Below, in pieces: positions 1 to 9,372 of a stretch of DNA of 64,000 bases. The notes under the pieces were generated by a model that was given only the letters and a program-made list of their open reading frames with translations, was not told where the DNA came from and ran no database searches. Each line of letters opens with the position of its first letter. Position 1 is the stretch's first letter. This DNA is from an uncultured Verrucomicrobiae bacterium (GTDB lineage Bacteria; Verrucomicrobiota; Verrucomicrobiia; Chthoniobacterales; UBA10450): contig CAWBIE010000001.1 of NCBI GenBank assembly GCA_963788855.1, forward strand, positions 89,437 through 153,436. The letters are read 5' to 3'. The position numbers and the translations under genes are program-made.

Positions 1-328
1 CAGGCCCGGAACCGGTAATGCGAAGGCCGCGTAACGTCACGTCATCGGCCGCGATCGTCACGACGTTGCCCTGTCCCGGCGTGCCGCGAATCTCCGGCGC
101 CCCGCTCGCCGACGAGCGTGAGCGGCTTGTTGATGATGATCGGCCCGGCCTCGATGCGACGCCCGGCGGGATTTCCACGCCGGATCGCCGTCGCCAGGCG
201 ACACGGCGCAGCATCGATGCGCGTTCCTGCAGAGCGTGGCGTGTCCGCGGACTCGCTTCAGCGTCGCAGACGTGAAGCCAGCGGCGGGCGCCGGCGAGCA
301 CGCGAGAGCATGCGCTCGCAGCCTCACG
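1..328 (-). pseudogene. nosD: nosD (nitrous-oxide reductase maturation beta-helix protein); N-terminal part only, runs off the window; frameshifted as given
   Basis: Minus-strand translation gives GPIIINKPLTLVGERGAEIRGTPGQGNVVTIAADDVTLRGLRITGSG, a typical NosD N-terminus, but only after joining two frames (shift near 200-215). A candidate GTG at 328 overlaps the stop of the upstream gene. Confidence 0.55.
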
Positions 329-970
329 CGATCAGCCTTCCTTTCGCGAAAACCAGCCCGGCGAGCACGATCAGCACCACCGACACGCAAAGCAGGATAG
401 GCGCCGAGCTGCGGGTAAGCTGTACTCGCGGAAATTCGCGATTTGCTTCACGCCGATCAGGAGCGGTGTGAACGGCTTGATGTGCATCGGGCGCGTGCGG
501 ATCGAGATTGTGCCCGTAGGTGTAGAGGCGATACCAAAACGAGCCGATCGAGAAGACGCCGAAGTAGGAATAGACGGCGAAGAGATCGACCACGTTGCTC
601 ATCTGCGCCGAAGACGACCGAGCGCAGCGATCATCAGGATGATCAAACCGAAGACAAATGGCATCCAGCGCATCTCGAGGAAATCCGCCTGCTCGAATCG
701 GCTTCATGCCGATGTAGTGATTGAGATTGTTGATCTCGTCGAGATGCTGGCCGTTCAACCCGCCGCCGTGGATCTTGTAGCTGTAGATGTAGAGATCGAG
801 CCCGTCGGAATATTGCGGCGCGACGAGGTGCATTTTCCAGAGCGGGAAAAACAGCGACGCCGCAATCGCGGTCGCGGCGGCGAGCAGCAGCAGCCGCGAC
901 CAAAGATTCAGCGGCTTGTGCAGGAAACGGAACTCGCGACGCAGAAGTTCTGGATAATGGTTTCAGCCAT
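324..970 (-). pseudogene. Membrane protein between nosZ and nosD (NosB-like, as in clade-II nos clusters); frameshifted
   Basis: Position between nosZ and nosD. Has TM-like stretches (LLLLLAAATAIAASLFFPLW, SAPILLCVSVVLIVLAGLVF) and the block MHLVAPQYSDGLDLYIYSYKIHGGGLNGQHLDEINNLNHYIGMKPI. Needs at least 3 frame changes. ATG at 968-970 overlaps the nosZ stop. The family name is from memory. Confidence 0.4.
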
Positions 971-2988
971 AATTCCTGGATCGAGCTGCCGCGGCTCGCT
1001 CGTCGAACAAAGGGTTAGTGTCCGCTTTCGGGCTGCGCGGCGGAGTCGCGACGCATCGCCGGCGCCGGCGGCGCAGCGTTGCCGGTCCCGGTAAACCGCG
1101 CCGGGCAAAGGCTTGCCCGGTGTCGCTCACGACGAGGTAGCCCTGCATTTCCTGGTGCAACGCGGAGCAGAAATTGGTGCAGTAAAACGGAAAGACGCCG
1201 GGTTTCTTCAGCTTGATGTGAAACGTCTTGGTCTCGCCCGGATCCATCACCATGTTGATGTTGTGCTCGACCAGGCCGAAGCCGTGAATCATGTCGCGCG
1301 TCTGCTCGACGTTGGTGACGTGCACGGTGAGCGTCGTCGCCGACCTGGGCGTCGATCCGGTCCGGCACGAACCGGCTGCGGATCGCGATCACCTTCGCGA
1401 CCACGCTCGTTGCCGTTGCGCGTCACGCCCGCGTCGCTGCTTATCCCAGACGGCGTTGGGATCCTTGTTATCGTCCTTCGGGTAAACCTCGATCGGCTGC
1501 ACGTCGGTCACCTTCAGAATCTGCGCGAAATGCGGCTCCGGTTCGGTGTAGGCTTCGGCGACCATCTTCATTTTCTCGCCGCTGATGTCGATCAACTGGC
1601 TCGACTCCGGCTGCGACGGTCCGACGTTGACGTGCCGGCCGGCTGAAAGCTTGTTCATCGCGACGCAGCCATTTGCCGTACGGGTTCTCGGTGTCGCTGC
1701 CCGCGACGACGAGGTGGCCGGTGCTGAAATGCGTCGGCATCTTGTCGAGCACGACCTTGTTCAGATCCTTTCTTCTCGTCATCGGTCCACGGCGGGAGCT
1801 TCCATTTCGTGATGTTCGAATCGATGAACAGCGAGGTGTAGGCGAATCCCTTGCCGTCGAACTGGGTGTGCAATGGCCCGAGGCCGACCGGCACTTCGCC
1901 TTCGACGACGGCTTCGTATTTCACGATCGGAATGCCGCGAAAATCGCCGTCGAACGTCTTGTTGTTGATCGCGGCCTGCAGCTTCTCGAAGTTGATGACG
2001 GTGGTGGCGGCTGAAGCTTGCCGCCCGCCACGATCCATTTGCCGCTCGGATCGACATCCATCCCGTGCGGCGATTTGCCGATCGGCACGAAATACAGAAT
2101 CCCGGGAACCTTCGCGGGATCGATGATCGGCACGCCGTCCATCATCTGCGCTTTGCCATCCGCGACCGCTTTCTCGGCGGCGCGCCAGTTCACCACTGCG
2201 GCGAAATCGCGATCTTTCTGCGTCGAGTTCACTTCGAGAAGGTCGTGCGCCATCTCCGTGTTGTAGCTCGTCCAGAACGCCCAGCCGCTGCTCGGACCTT
2301 TGCCGGTCGAGCCGAGATCCCAATCGAAAGGCGGCGTGAGAATCTGCCAGCCGACGTTCATTTCGCCGGTCTGCGGATCGACTTTGATGCCGCTGAGCAT
2401 GCCGTTGAATTCCGTCGCGTAATCCTTCGGGTCAGCGACGCGGCCTTTCGGCAGCGGGACCGAGAAGCGAGTCGCACAGAGAATGTATTCCGTGTTCTCG
2501 GTGATGAACGACGAGCCGTGATTGCCAATCGAATTCGGAATGGGCCCGAGGATCTGGTGCGTTTTGAAATCGCGCAGATCAATCCGGGCGATGCGATTAT
2601 TGGCGTTGTCGTTGACGAACAGCCAGCGCCCGTCGTATTTCGACGCCGTCTGCGACAAGCGCCGGGTGATGCACGTCGCCCCAGGTGAAATCGCCCATCA
2701 TCTTCTTGGATTCCTCATCGAAGCCGTAACCGGTCGCCGGATAAGGCGCGAAGACCGGAATGGTCGAGATGTGACGCAACGACGGAATGCCGGCGACGAA
2801 CACCTGGCCGGAGTGTCCGCCGGAATAGAAGAGGTAGTACTCATCCTTCTCGCCGGGCGCGACGTAACTGGCCAGCGCGTTGGCGGTGCGATCGCCTCGG
2901 ATGGTGCTGCTTTGTTTTCCGCAGCTGACCAAACCCGCGCCGGCCACGATCGGCAAGCGCGATCAAGATATTTGATTGGAATTTTCAT
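963..2988 (-). pseudogene. nosZ: Nitrous-oxide reductase NosZ (clade-II/Sec-type; apparent lipoprotein signal); multiple frameshifts as given
   Basis: Pieces 2597-2956, 1921-2658, 1655-2323, 1389-1658 and 963-1325 together read as NosZ. Beta-propeller segments (YLFYSGGHSGQVFV, DGRWLFVNDNANNRIARIDL, SPHGMDVDPSGKWIVAGGKL) and a C-terminal CuA cupredoxin motif (FYCTNFCSALHQEMQGYLVV) are present. The N-terminus MKIPIKYLDRA/LPIVAGAGLVSCGK carries a lipobox-like LVSC. Confidence 0.85.
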
Positions 2989-3147
2989 AGTTCGATGGCA
3001 TTTGAGATCGACTTGTCGATTTACTTCACTGTCATGAAGCCTTTGGTGCCAAAAAAACGCATCTCGTTTGAATTAAGCGAGATCCGTGTGGAAACAACCC
3101 GGCTGGTCTGACGATTCGCCGACAAATATAAAGATGGCGGCCCGGCG

Positions 3148-3420
3148 TTAGAGTTTGTCTTCGATGATCTGCGCGGCTTCCGCCGAAGGTCGCACCGGGA
3201 AGATCTCAAATTCGATAAGATCTTTCCAATTATCGATCCAACGCGAGACCAGTGATGCATCCTCGGTGCGCATTAATTGCCAGCAGAGTTTGAAGTCGTA
3301 TTCGATCCAGCTCGAAACGTACTCAAGGCCCTCGGGCATCATTCGGCCCTTGGCCCGCAGGCGGCCATAAATCTCGGGCGCGGCGCCTTCCTTGAAACGC
3401 TCGATCACCATGTAAAGCAT
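3148..3420 (-). CDS. DUF3303 family small protein
   Basis: 90-aa ORF from ATG 3418-3420: MLYMVIERFKEGAAPEIYGRLRAKGRMMPEGLEYVSSWIE...FEIFPVRP. It matches my memory of the DUF3303 pattern. The upstream part of the track ORF 3148-3663 is really the kbl C-terminus in the same frame. Confidence 0.6.
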   Translation of the reverse strand: MLYMVIERFKEGAAPEIYGRLRAKGRMMPEGLEYVSSWIEYDFKLCWQLMRTEDASLVSRWIDNWKDLIEFEIFPVRPSAEAAQIIEDKL

Positions 3421-3458
3421 GTTTGCGTCTCTCGTTTTGCGGCTGAGGACAGCCGCCC

Positions 3459-4648
3459 CTACAGTTCTTTCAATTCGTTGTTCGTTTCGGCAAAGGCGTT
3501 GACCGCGAATTCCAGATCTTCGCGCGAATGGGCGGCGGAAACCTGCGTCCGCACGCGGGCCGTGCCGTGCGGCACGACCGGATAGAAGAAACCCGATCAC
3601 GTAAACGCCCTTTTCGAGCATGCGCGCGGCGAATTTTTGCGATTTGGCGGCGTCTCCGATCATGATGGGTACGATGGGATGCGTCCCCGGCTTGATCGTC
3701 AGGCCGCGTTCGGTCAGGGCGGCGCGGAAGTATTTGGTATTCTCCTCGAGCTTGTCGCGCAGTTCGGTGGAGCGCGCTCAGCATCTCAATCGCCTTTATG
3801 GATGCCGCCACGACGGGCGGCGCAATCGTGTTGGAAAAAAGATAGGGCCGCGAGCGTTGTCGCAGCAGATCGACAATCTGTTTGCGTCCGCTGGTGTAAC
3901 CGCCGCTCGCGCCGCCCAGCGCTTTGCCCAGGGTGCCGGTGATGATGTCGATCTTGCCCATGACACCGCAATGCTCCTGGGTGCCGCGCCCGGTCTTTCC
4001 CAGAAATCCGGCGGCATGCGCGTCGTCGATCATGGTGAGCGCGTCATATTTTTCGGCGAGTTCGACGATTCCCTTGAGGTTGGCAATCGTTCCGTCCATC
4101 GAGAAACAGCCGTCCGTCGCGATCAATCGAAATCGCGCGCCGCTGGCTTCGCGCAACTTCGCTTCCAGATCGGCCATGTCGTTGTTTTTGTAACGGAAGC
4201 GTTGCGCTTTGCAGAGGCGGATGCCGTCAATGATGCTGGCGTGGTTCAGTTCGTCGCTGATGACCGCGTCTTTTTCCGTGAGCAGCGTTTCGAAGAGACC
4301 GCCATTGGCGTCGAAGCACGACGGATAAAGAATGGTTTCTTCGGTACCGAGAAATTTAGTCAGAGCGGCTTCCAGTTGTTTGTGAATGTCCTGGGTCCCG
4401 CAGATGAACCGCACGCTCGCCATGCCAAAGCCGTGGGTATCAAGGGCCGCCTTGGCGACCGCGATGAGGGTCGAGTCGTCGGCCAGGCCGAGATAATTGT
4501 TCGCGCACATGTTGAGAACGCGCCGGCCGCCGGCCACGGCAATATGCGCGTCCTGCGGTGACGTAATCACGCGCTCCGTCTTGTAGAGACCCTGCGATTT
4601 AATTTCCTCCAGAGTCTCGGAGAGCTGTTTTTCGAATTCAGCGAGCAT
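3459..4648 (-). pseudogene. kbl: 2-amino-3-ketobutyrate CoA ligase (glycine C-acetyltransferase) Kbl; two frameshifts as given
   Basis: ORF 3470-4648 is collinear with Kbl ([48 protein letters not shown]) up to AIEMLSA. The rest ([61 protein letters not shown] / [42 protein letters not shown]) needs shifts near 3775 and 3590. Confidence 0.9.
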
Positions 4649-4801
4649 AACCGAGCCACAGATTTACACGGATTGGCCCGGATAAACAAAAGCGAATTCA
4701 GAGAGATGGGAAAGACGTAACCGGTCCAGTGATCAACCCGGCCAGGTTTGTTCATCCATGTCGAACCGGCTTTTATCTGCCAAAATGGTGAAAAATACCC
4801 C

Positions 4802-4830
4802 TTGCAATAACTTGTGAATAACTGTTAATA
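4802..4830 (+). promoter_or_regulatory. Putative sigma70-like promoter (TTGCAA-N17-TTAATA) overlapping three phased AATAACT repeats
   Basis: TTGCAA at 4802-4807, a 17-nt spacer, TTAATA at 4825-4830, about 17 nt upstream of the TTG start at 4847. AATAACT occurs at 4806, 4817 and 4827. Sequence pattern only. Confidence 0.35.
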
Positions 4831-4846
4831 ACTCCCGGCGATCTCC

Positions 4847-5572
4847 TTGACCCACGCTGAACTTCGCAGCCTTGCCTTCGCCGTCCTCGCGGCGTTGCTC
4901 GCAATCCTTCTCTCTGCGTGCGAGACCACCAAGACCGCCGCCAGCCGGCCCTTGCCGGCATACGAGGTGCCTCTCCCGAAGAGCGATTTCCAGTCGGTCC
5001 GGACGACGGCTTATACCCATACGGAAGCGGATCATCGAGAATTCACCAATCACAATGCCCTCGGTGGGGAACTGCACGCTGCCAGCGCGCCGATTCATCG
5101 TGCCGAAAATACCCGATCAATTTCCCTGGGGCTCGAGGAGCAGTCCGATTATCGGCAGGTCGCTTATTCAGGAAGCCTATCCCAGCCGTTCTCGATGAAT
5201 GAATCGCGAAAGAAGAGCAAACCTGCGGGCAAGAAAGTCGCGGTTAAACCGAAGGTCCCGAAAATTGGGAGTGCCGCGGCCGACTGGGCGCGCTGGCCGG
5301 CCGGAACCACCTTCCGGCTGTTATCGACCGGTCAAATGTACAAGGTCGACGATTACGGCTGGGCCCTGTGCGGTCGCAACACCATCGATCTTTACATGGC
5401 CACACCGCGCGAGATGAATTCGTGGGGCGCGCGCAAAGAATCGATTCAGATTCTGCATTGGGGCGATCGGCAGGAAAGTCTGCGGCTGCTCGCCCCGCAC
5501 CAGACCGCTCGCCACATCAAGCGGATGATTCTGGAACTGCAAGGCAACGAGCAGGAAGCGGCCGCGCTGTAG
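4847..5572 (+). CDS. 3D-domain (MltA/Rpf-like) lipoprotein
   Basis: Signal peptide with lipobox (LAILLSAC). TAYTHTEADH near the N-terminus. C-terminal GSAAADWARWPAGTTFRLLSTGQMYKVDDYGWALCGRNTIDLYMATPREMNSWG fits the 3D-domain pattern. Confidence 0.6.
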   Translation: MTHAELRSLAFAVLAALLAILLSACETTKTAASRPLPAYEVPLPKSDFQSVRTTAYTHTEADHREFTNHNALGGELHAASAPIHRAENTRSISLGLEEQSDYRQVAYSGSLSQPFSMNESRKKSKPAGKKVAVKPKVPKIGSAAADWARWPAGTTFRLLSTGQMYKVDDYGWALCGRNTIDLYMATPREMNSWGARKESIQILHWGDRQESLRLLAPHQTARHIKRMILELQGNEQEAAAL

Positions 5573-5613
5573 GGAATTCCAGAGCGGCGGCTGTGAGATT
5601 CGCGCCTGACAAC

Positions 5614-5737
5614 TGTCATCCTGAACCGCGCAGACGGTGAAGGACCTCACTTTCAATGACAACGTCACGCAACGGATAATTGTGTGATCGAGGACGCAAG
5701 GAGAGGTCCCTCCTCGTCTGCGCGAGTCGGGATGACA
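5614..5737. repeat. REP/MITE-like imperfect inverted repeat (35-nt arms, ~54-nt spacer) between convergent genes
   Basis: Left arm 5614-5648 (tgtcatcctgaaccgcgcagacggtgaaggacctc). The reverse complement of right arm 5703-5737 is tgtcatcccgactcgcgcagacgaggagggacctc, about 29/35 identical. Lies between the 3D-domain gene stop and the tdh stop. Confidence 0.6.
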
Positions 5738-5811
5738 AGCGCGTGACGCCGCAACACCGAAAGTCGAGTGTGTACGCCTCGGGAATCTGTGCTAATCTGT
5801 GGCGAGATTAA

Positions 5812-6858
5812 TCAGCGTTCGCTCCACTCGAGCACGATTTTGCCGGAGTTGCCGGATTTCATGAGCTCGATCGCTTCCTTGAATTGCTGGTAGGGAAAGT
5901 GGTGGGTGATGACCGGCGAAATGTCGAGACCACTTTGGATCAGAGCCGTCATCTTGTACCAGGTTTCGTACATTTCGCGGCCATAAATTCCCTTGATCGT
6001 GAGTTGATTAAAAACGACGAGATTCCAATCGATGGCAGCGCTGCCGGGCATGATGCCGAGCAGCGCGATTTTTCCGCCGTGAAACATGTTCGGCAGCATG
6101 TCGGCGAAGGCTTTCGGGTTGCCCGACATTTCGAGCGCGACATCGAATCCTTCCTTCATGCCTAGTTTCTGCATGGCATCGGTCAGCTTTTCCGTGCGTA
6201 CGTCGACCCCGAGGACATTCGGCGCCATCTTCCGGGCTAGATCGAGGCGATAAGGATTGACGTCGGTGATGACAACGTTACGCGCGCCAGCCTTTTTGCA
6301 GATTGGCACGGCCATGCACCCAATGGGACCGGCGCCGGTGATGAGAACATCTTCGCCGACCAGATCGAAGGAGAGGGCGGTGTGAACGGCGTTGCCCAGC
6401 GGATCAAAGCAGGAAAGCACATCGAGCGGGATGGATGGATCGGCGTGCCACAGATTTGATTGCGGGATGGAAACAAATTCCGCCCAGGCGCCGGGCCGGT
6501 TGACACCTACGCCCTGAGTGTTCGGGCACAGATGTCTCCGCCCAGCCAGACAGTTCCGGCAGTGTCCGCAGGTAATATGGCCTTCGACCGTGACTAGATC
6601 GCCGGGCGCGAAGCCTTTCACCTGGTCGCCGACCTGATCGATGATACCCACGAATTCGTGACCGATGGTCATCGGCACGGGGATCGTCTTCTGGGCCCAG
6701 GCGTCCCAGTTATATATATGTACGTCCGTGCCGCAGATGGACGTTTTGAGGACGCGGATCAGAACGTCGCTGCCCCGAGCCTCGGGAACAGCAACCTCTT
6801 CGAGCCAAAGCCCCGGCTCGGCCCGGCTCTTGACCACGGCCTTCATCATTTTCTGCAC
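5812..6858 (-). CDS. tdh: L-threonine 3-dehydrogenase
   Basis: Intact 348-aa ORF, near collinear with E. coli Tdh: [93 protein letters not shown]. Confidence 0.93.
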   Translation of the reverse strand: MQKMMKAVVKSRAEPGLWLEEVAVPEARGSDVLIRVLKTSICGTDVHIYNWDAWAQKTIPVPMTIGHEFVGIIDQVGDQVKGFAPGDLVTVEGHITCGHCRNCLAGRRHLCPNTQGVGVNRPGAWAEFVSIPQSNLWHADPSIPLDVLSCFDPLGNAVHTALSFDLVGEDVLITGAGPIGCMAVPICKKAGARNVVITDVNPYRLDLARKMAPNVLGVDVRTEKLTDAMQKLGMKEGFDVALEMSGNPKAFADMLPNMFHGGKIALLGIMPGSAAIDWNLVVFNQLTIKGIYGREMYETWYKMTALIQSGLDISPVITHHFPYQQFKEAIELMKSGNSGKIVLEWSER

Positions 6859-6883
6859 GGCCTTGAAATTAGGCGAATCAGGC

Positions 6884-6947
6884 CTGTAGGGGAAGCTGTT
6901 AGCTTCCCGCTTGAAAAAAAATGGGAAGCTGGCAGCTTCCCCTACAG
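6884..6947. repeat. Nested palindrome (two hairpins inside a longer inverted repeat) in the tdh/cdsA divergent intergenic region
   Basis: ctgtag[gggaagc tgtta gcttccc]gcttgaaaaaaaat[gggaagc tggca gcttccc]ctacag. The outer arms are 23/25 complementary, each arm is itself a 7-bp-stem hairpin, and an A8 run sits in the centre. Confidence 0.6.
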
Positions 6948-7024
6948 TGAGACTACGCGCGGACCGCCGAAACGCAGTGGTCCGCTATGGACAAAAGCGC
7001 CTCACGTCTGGATGATGGCAGGCC

Positions 7025-7939
7025 ATGCCCGTGACCCTTGAGCAGACGACGCCACCGCCGGCGACTGCGCGCACCACTTTTCTTTTCCGTTTCTTTAGTA
7101 CGATCGTGCTCTGGTCGATCGCGCTGATCATCGCTTTCTCCGGTTACGAAATCGCGTTTTACGGCTTGATCAGCGCGTTCGGTCTGATCGCTCTCTGGGA
7201 ATTTTACGGCATGCTCGATCACAAAGGTCTGCCGAACTTCAAGATTACCGGCATGATCTGCGGCGCGGTCATGCTGAGCGGGAGTTTTTTTTACTTCCGG
7301 AAGATGGGGCCGGCCGGGTCGTACGATTTCGAGGTAGCGGTTTTACTCTTCTTCCTCTTGACCGTCTTTACCCGCCAAATGTTTGCACGCTTGCGCGATG
7401 ACGAACCGTTGCAAACCATGGCTTACACACTCTTCGGCTTGCTTTACGTGCTCTGGCTTTTCAATTTCATGACCAAGATTGTTTATCTTACTCCCCGTTC
7501 GAGCACGGGCGCCATCACCGGGCAATTTTACTGCCTCTATCTCATCGCCGTCACCAAGTTCAGCGACATGGGGGCGTATCTGGTCGGGAGCGTGATAGGA
7601 CGCCACCAGATGATTCCGCATATCAGTCCGAAAAAAACGTGGGAAGGATTTTGCGGCGCTCTCGCTCTTTCGCTCTTCGCCAGTCTCGGGCTGTTCAAGC
7701 TGATGCCGGGCCATCTCGCCCTTCTCAACTGGACTCATGCCATCGTGCTGGGTTTGCTTCTCGGTTTCGCGGCCGTGGTGGGTGATCTGGCCGAGTCGAT
7801 TATCAAGCGGAGCACCGGAGTGAAAGATTCGGGAAATTTCCTGCCTGGCATCGGAGGGATCCTCGACCTGGTCGACAGCCTGTTGTTTACCGCGCCCTTG
7901 TTGTTCTTCTACCTGCGACTGGTTATTCGCGTGCCGTAG
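7025..7939 (+). CDS. cdsA: Phosphatidate cytidylyltransferase (CDP-diglyceride synthase)
   Basis: Intact 304-aa polytopic ORF with the CTP_transf_1 signature region SDMGAYLVGSVIGRHQMIPHISPKKTWEGF and the C-terminal GDLAESIIKRSTGVKDSGNFLPGIGGILD. Confidence 0.9.
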   Translation: MPVTLEQTTPPPATARTTFLFRFFSTIVLWSIALIIAFSGYEIAFYGLISAFGLIALWEFYGMLDHKGLPNFKITGMICGAVMLSGSFFYFRKMGPAGSYDFEVAVLLFFLLTVFTRQMFARLRDDEPLQTMAYTLFGLLYVLWLFNFMTKIVYLTPRSSTGAITGQFYCLYLIAVTKFSDMGAYLVGSVIGRHQMIPHISPKKTWEGFCGALALSLFASLGLFKLMPGHLALLNWTHAIVLGLLLGFAAVVGDLAESIIKRSTGVKDSGNFLPGIGGILDLVDSLLFTAPLLFFYLRLVIRVP

Positions 7940-8023
7940 GGCAAAACATTCCGGACCGGATTGATGAGATTTTGGAATTAGGATTCACGCCGATCCTGTT
8001 CCATTCTTTAGACCCTGTTTGTT

Positions 8024-9271
8024 ATGAAACGTAAGCGTGTGGTCGTTCTGGGGGCGACGGGGTCGATCGGCGAGAGTGCGCTCAAGGTTGCGCACGACAT
8101 TCCCGAACGCATGGAGATTGTCGGTCTGGCGGCCAACCGCAATGTCGAAAAGCTCGCTGCGGCCGCGAACCAGGTCCGGCCGAAGGCCGTTTGTCTGGTC
8201 GACGAATCGAAGCTCGACGCTCTGGGCAGGGCCCTCGATTACAAGCCACAGATTTTTTCTGGCGCAGCCGGGCTGTGCGAGATAGCGACCCTTAGCGAGG
8301 CCGAGATTGTGTTAATCGCAATCGTCGGGACGGGTGGATTGCGTCCGGCTCTGGCCGCGATTGCAGCGGGCAAGGATCTCGCGGTGGCGAGCAAAGAAAT
8401 TTTAGTCATGGCGGGTGAGATCGTTATGCGCGAAGCGCGCGCGAAAGGCGTGCATGTGCTTCCCGTCGATAGCGAGCACAACGCCATCTTTCAGTGTTTG
8501 GAGGGAAAATTTTCTGTCGGAAAACGCTCAACACCCAACGCTCAACGTCCAACGTCCAAGGCAGAAAATTCGGCGTTGAGCGTTGAGCGTTGGGCGTTCG
8601 ACGTTTCTGATGTGCGACGAATCATTCTCACCGCCTCGGGCGGCCCGTTTCGTAAGACGCCGCGGACGGAGTTCGATGCCATCACGGTCGAACAAGCATT
8701 AAAGCATCCGACCTGGAACATGGGTCCCAAAATTACGATCGACTCGGCTACTCTATTTAATAAGGGCCTGGAGATGATCGAAGCACACTGGTTGTTTGGC
8801 CTGGAGATGCAACGGGTGGAAGTAGTGATCCATCCGCAGAGCATTGTGCATTCGATGGTCGAATTCGTGGATGGCTCGACCGTCGCGCAGCTGAGTTACT
8901 CGGATATGTGCTTCCCTATTCAATATGCGGTGACCTGGCCGGATCGGGTCCCGAATTCACTGCCGCCGCTCGATTTCTCGAAGGTCCAGACACTCGAGTT
9001 CGAGGTTCCGCGTTACGATGACTTTCCCGCCTTGCATCTGGCACGCCGCGCGGGTGAGACCGGCGCCACGTTGCCTGCGGTCATGAACGCCGCCAACGAA
9101 GTGGCAGTGGCCGCATTCCTGGAGAAACGGGTGCGTTTTCCCCAAATCTGGCAAATTGTCGAGGGCGTCATGAATCGCCATACCGGCGTTGCGCATCCCG
9201 ATCTCGATGCAATATTGCGGGCCGATCAATGGGCGCGCCAGGAAGCGGAAAAGCTGGCCGCGGATTTGTAG
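8024..9271 (+). CDS. dxr: 1-deoxy-D-xylulose-5-phosphate reductoisomerase
   Basis: Intact 415-aa ORF: VVVLGATGSIGESAL, DSEHNAIFQCL, ILTASGGPFR, HPTWNMGPKITIDSATLFNKGLEMIEAHWLF. Carries an unusual insert in the variable loop between DSEHNAIFQ and LTASGGPF (see repeat 8522-8606). Confidence 0.93.
   Translation: MKRKRVVVLGATGSIGESALKVAHDIPERMEIVGLAANRNVEKLAAAANQVRPKAVCLVDESKLDALGRALDYKPQIFSGAAGLCEIATLSEAEIVLIAIVGTGGLRPALAAIAAGKDLAVASKEILVMAGEIVMREARAKGVHVLPVDSEHNAIFQCLEGKFSVGKRSTPNAQRPTSKAENSALSVERWAFDVSDVRRIILTASGGPFRKTPRTEFDAITVEQALKHPTWNMGPKITIDSATLFNKGLEMIEAHWLFGLEMQRVEVVIHPQSIVHSMVEFVDGSTVAQLSYSDMCFPIQYAVTWPDRVPNSLPPLDFSKVQTLEFEVPRYDDFPALHLARRAGETGATLPAVMNAANEVAVAAFLEKRVRFPQIWQIVEGVMNRHTGVAHPDLDAILRADQWARQEAEKLAADL
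8522..8606. repeat. Heptamer-built imperfect hairpin element lying in frame inside dxr
   Basis: Left arm is tandem 7-mers ACGCTCA ACACCCA ACGCTCA ACGTCCA ACGTCCA. Right arm (8573-8606) is TGAGCGT TGAGCGT TGGGCGT TCGACGT. The arms are roughly 80 percent complementary. Encodes KRSTPNAQRPTSKAENSALSVERWAFDV. Confidence 0.7.
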
Positions 9272-9372
9272 GGATGCGTTAAGAACGTGGAATCGTTAAA
9301 ATGCCGGGAACCTGAACCATTTGCTGTGCGTAAAACCGATCGCAGGCCAAGAGCCACAGATCACACTTCCTG

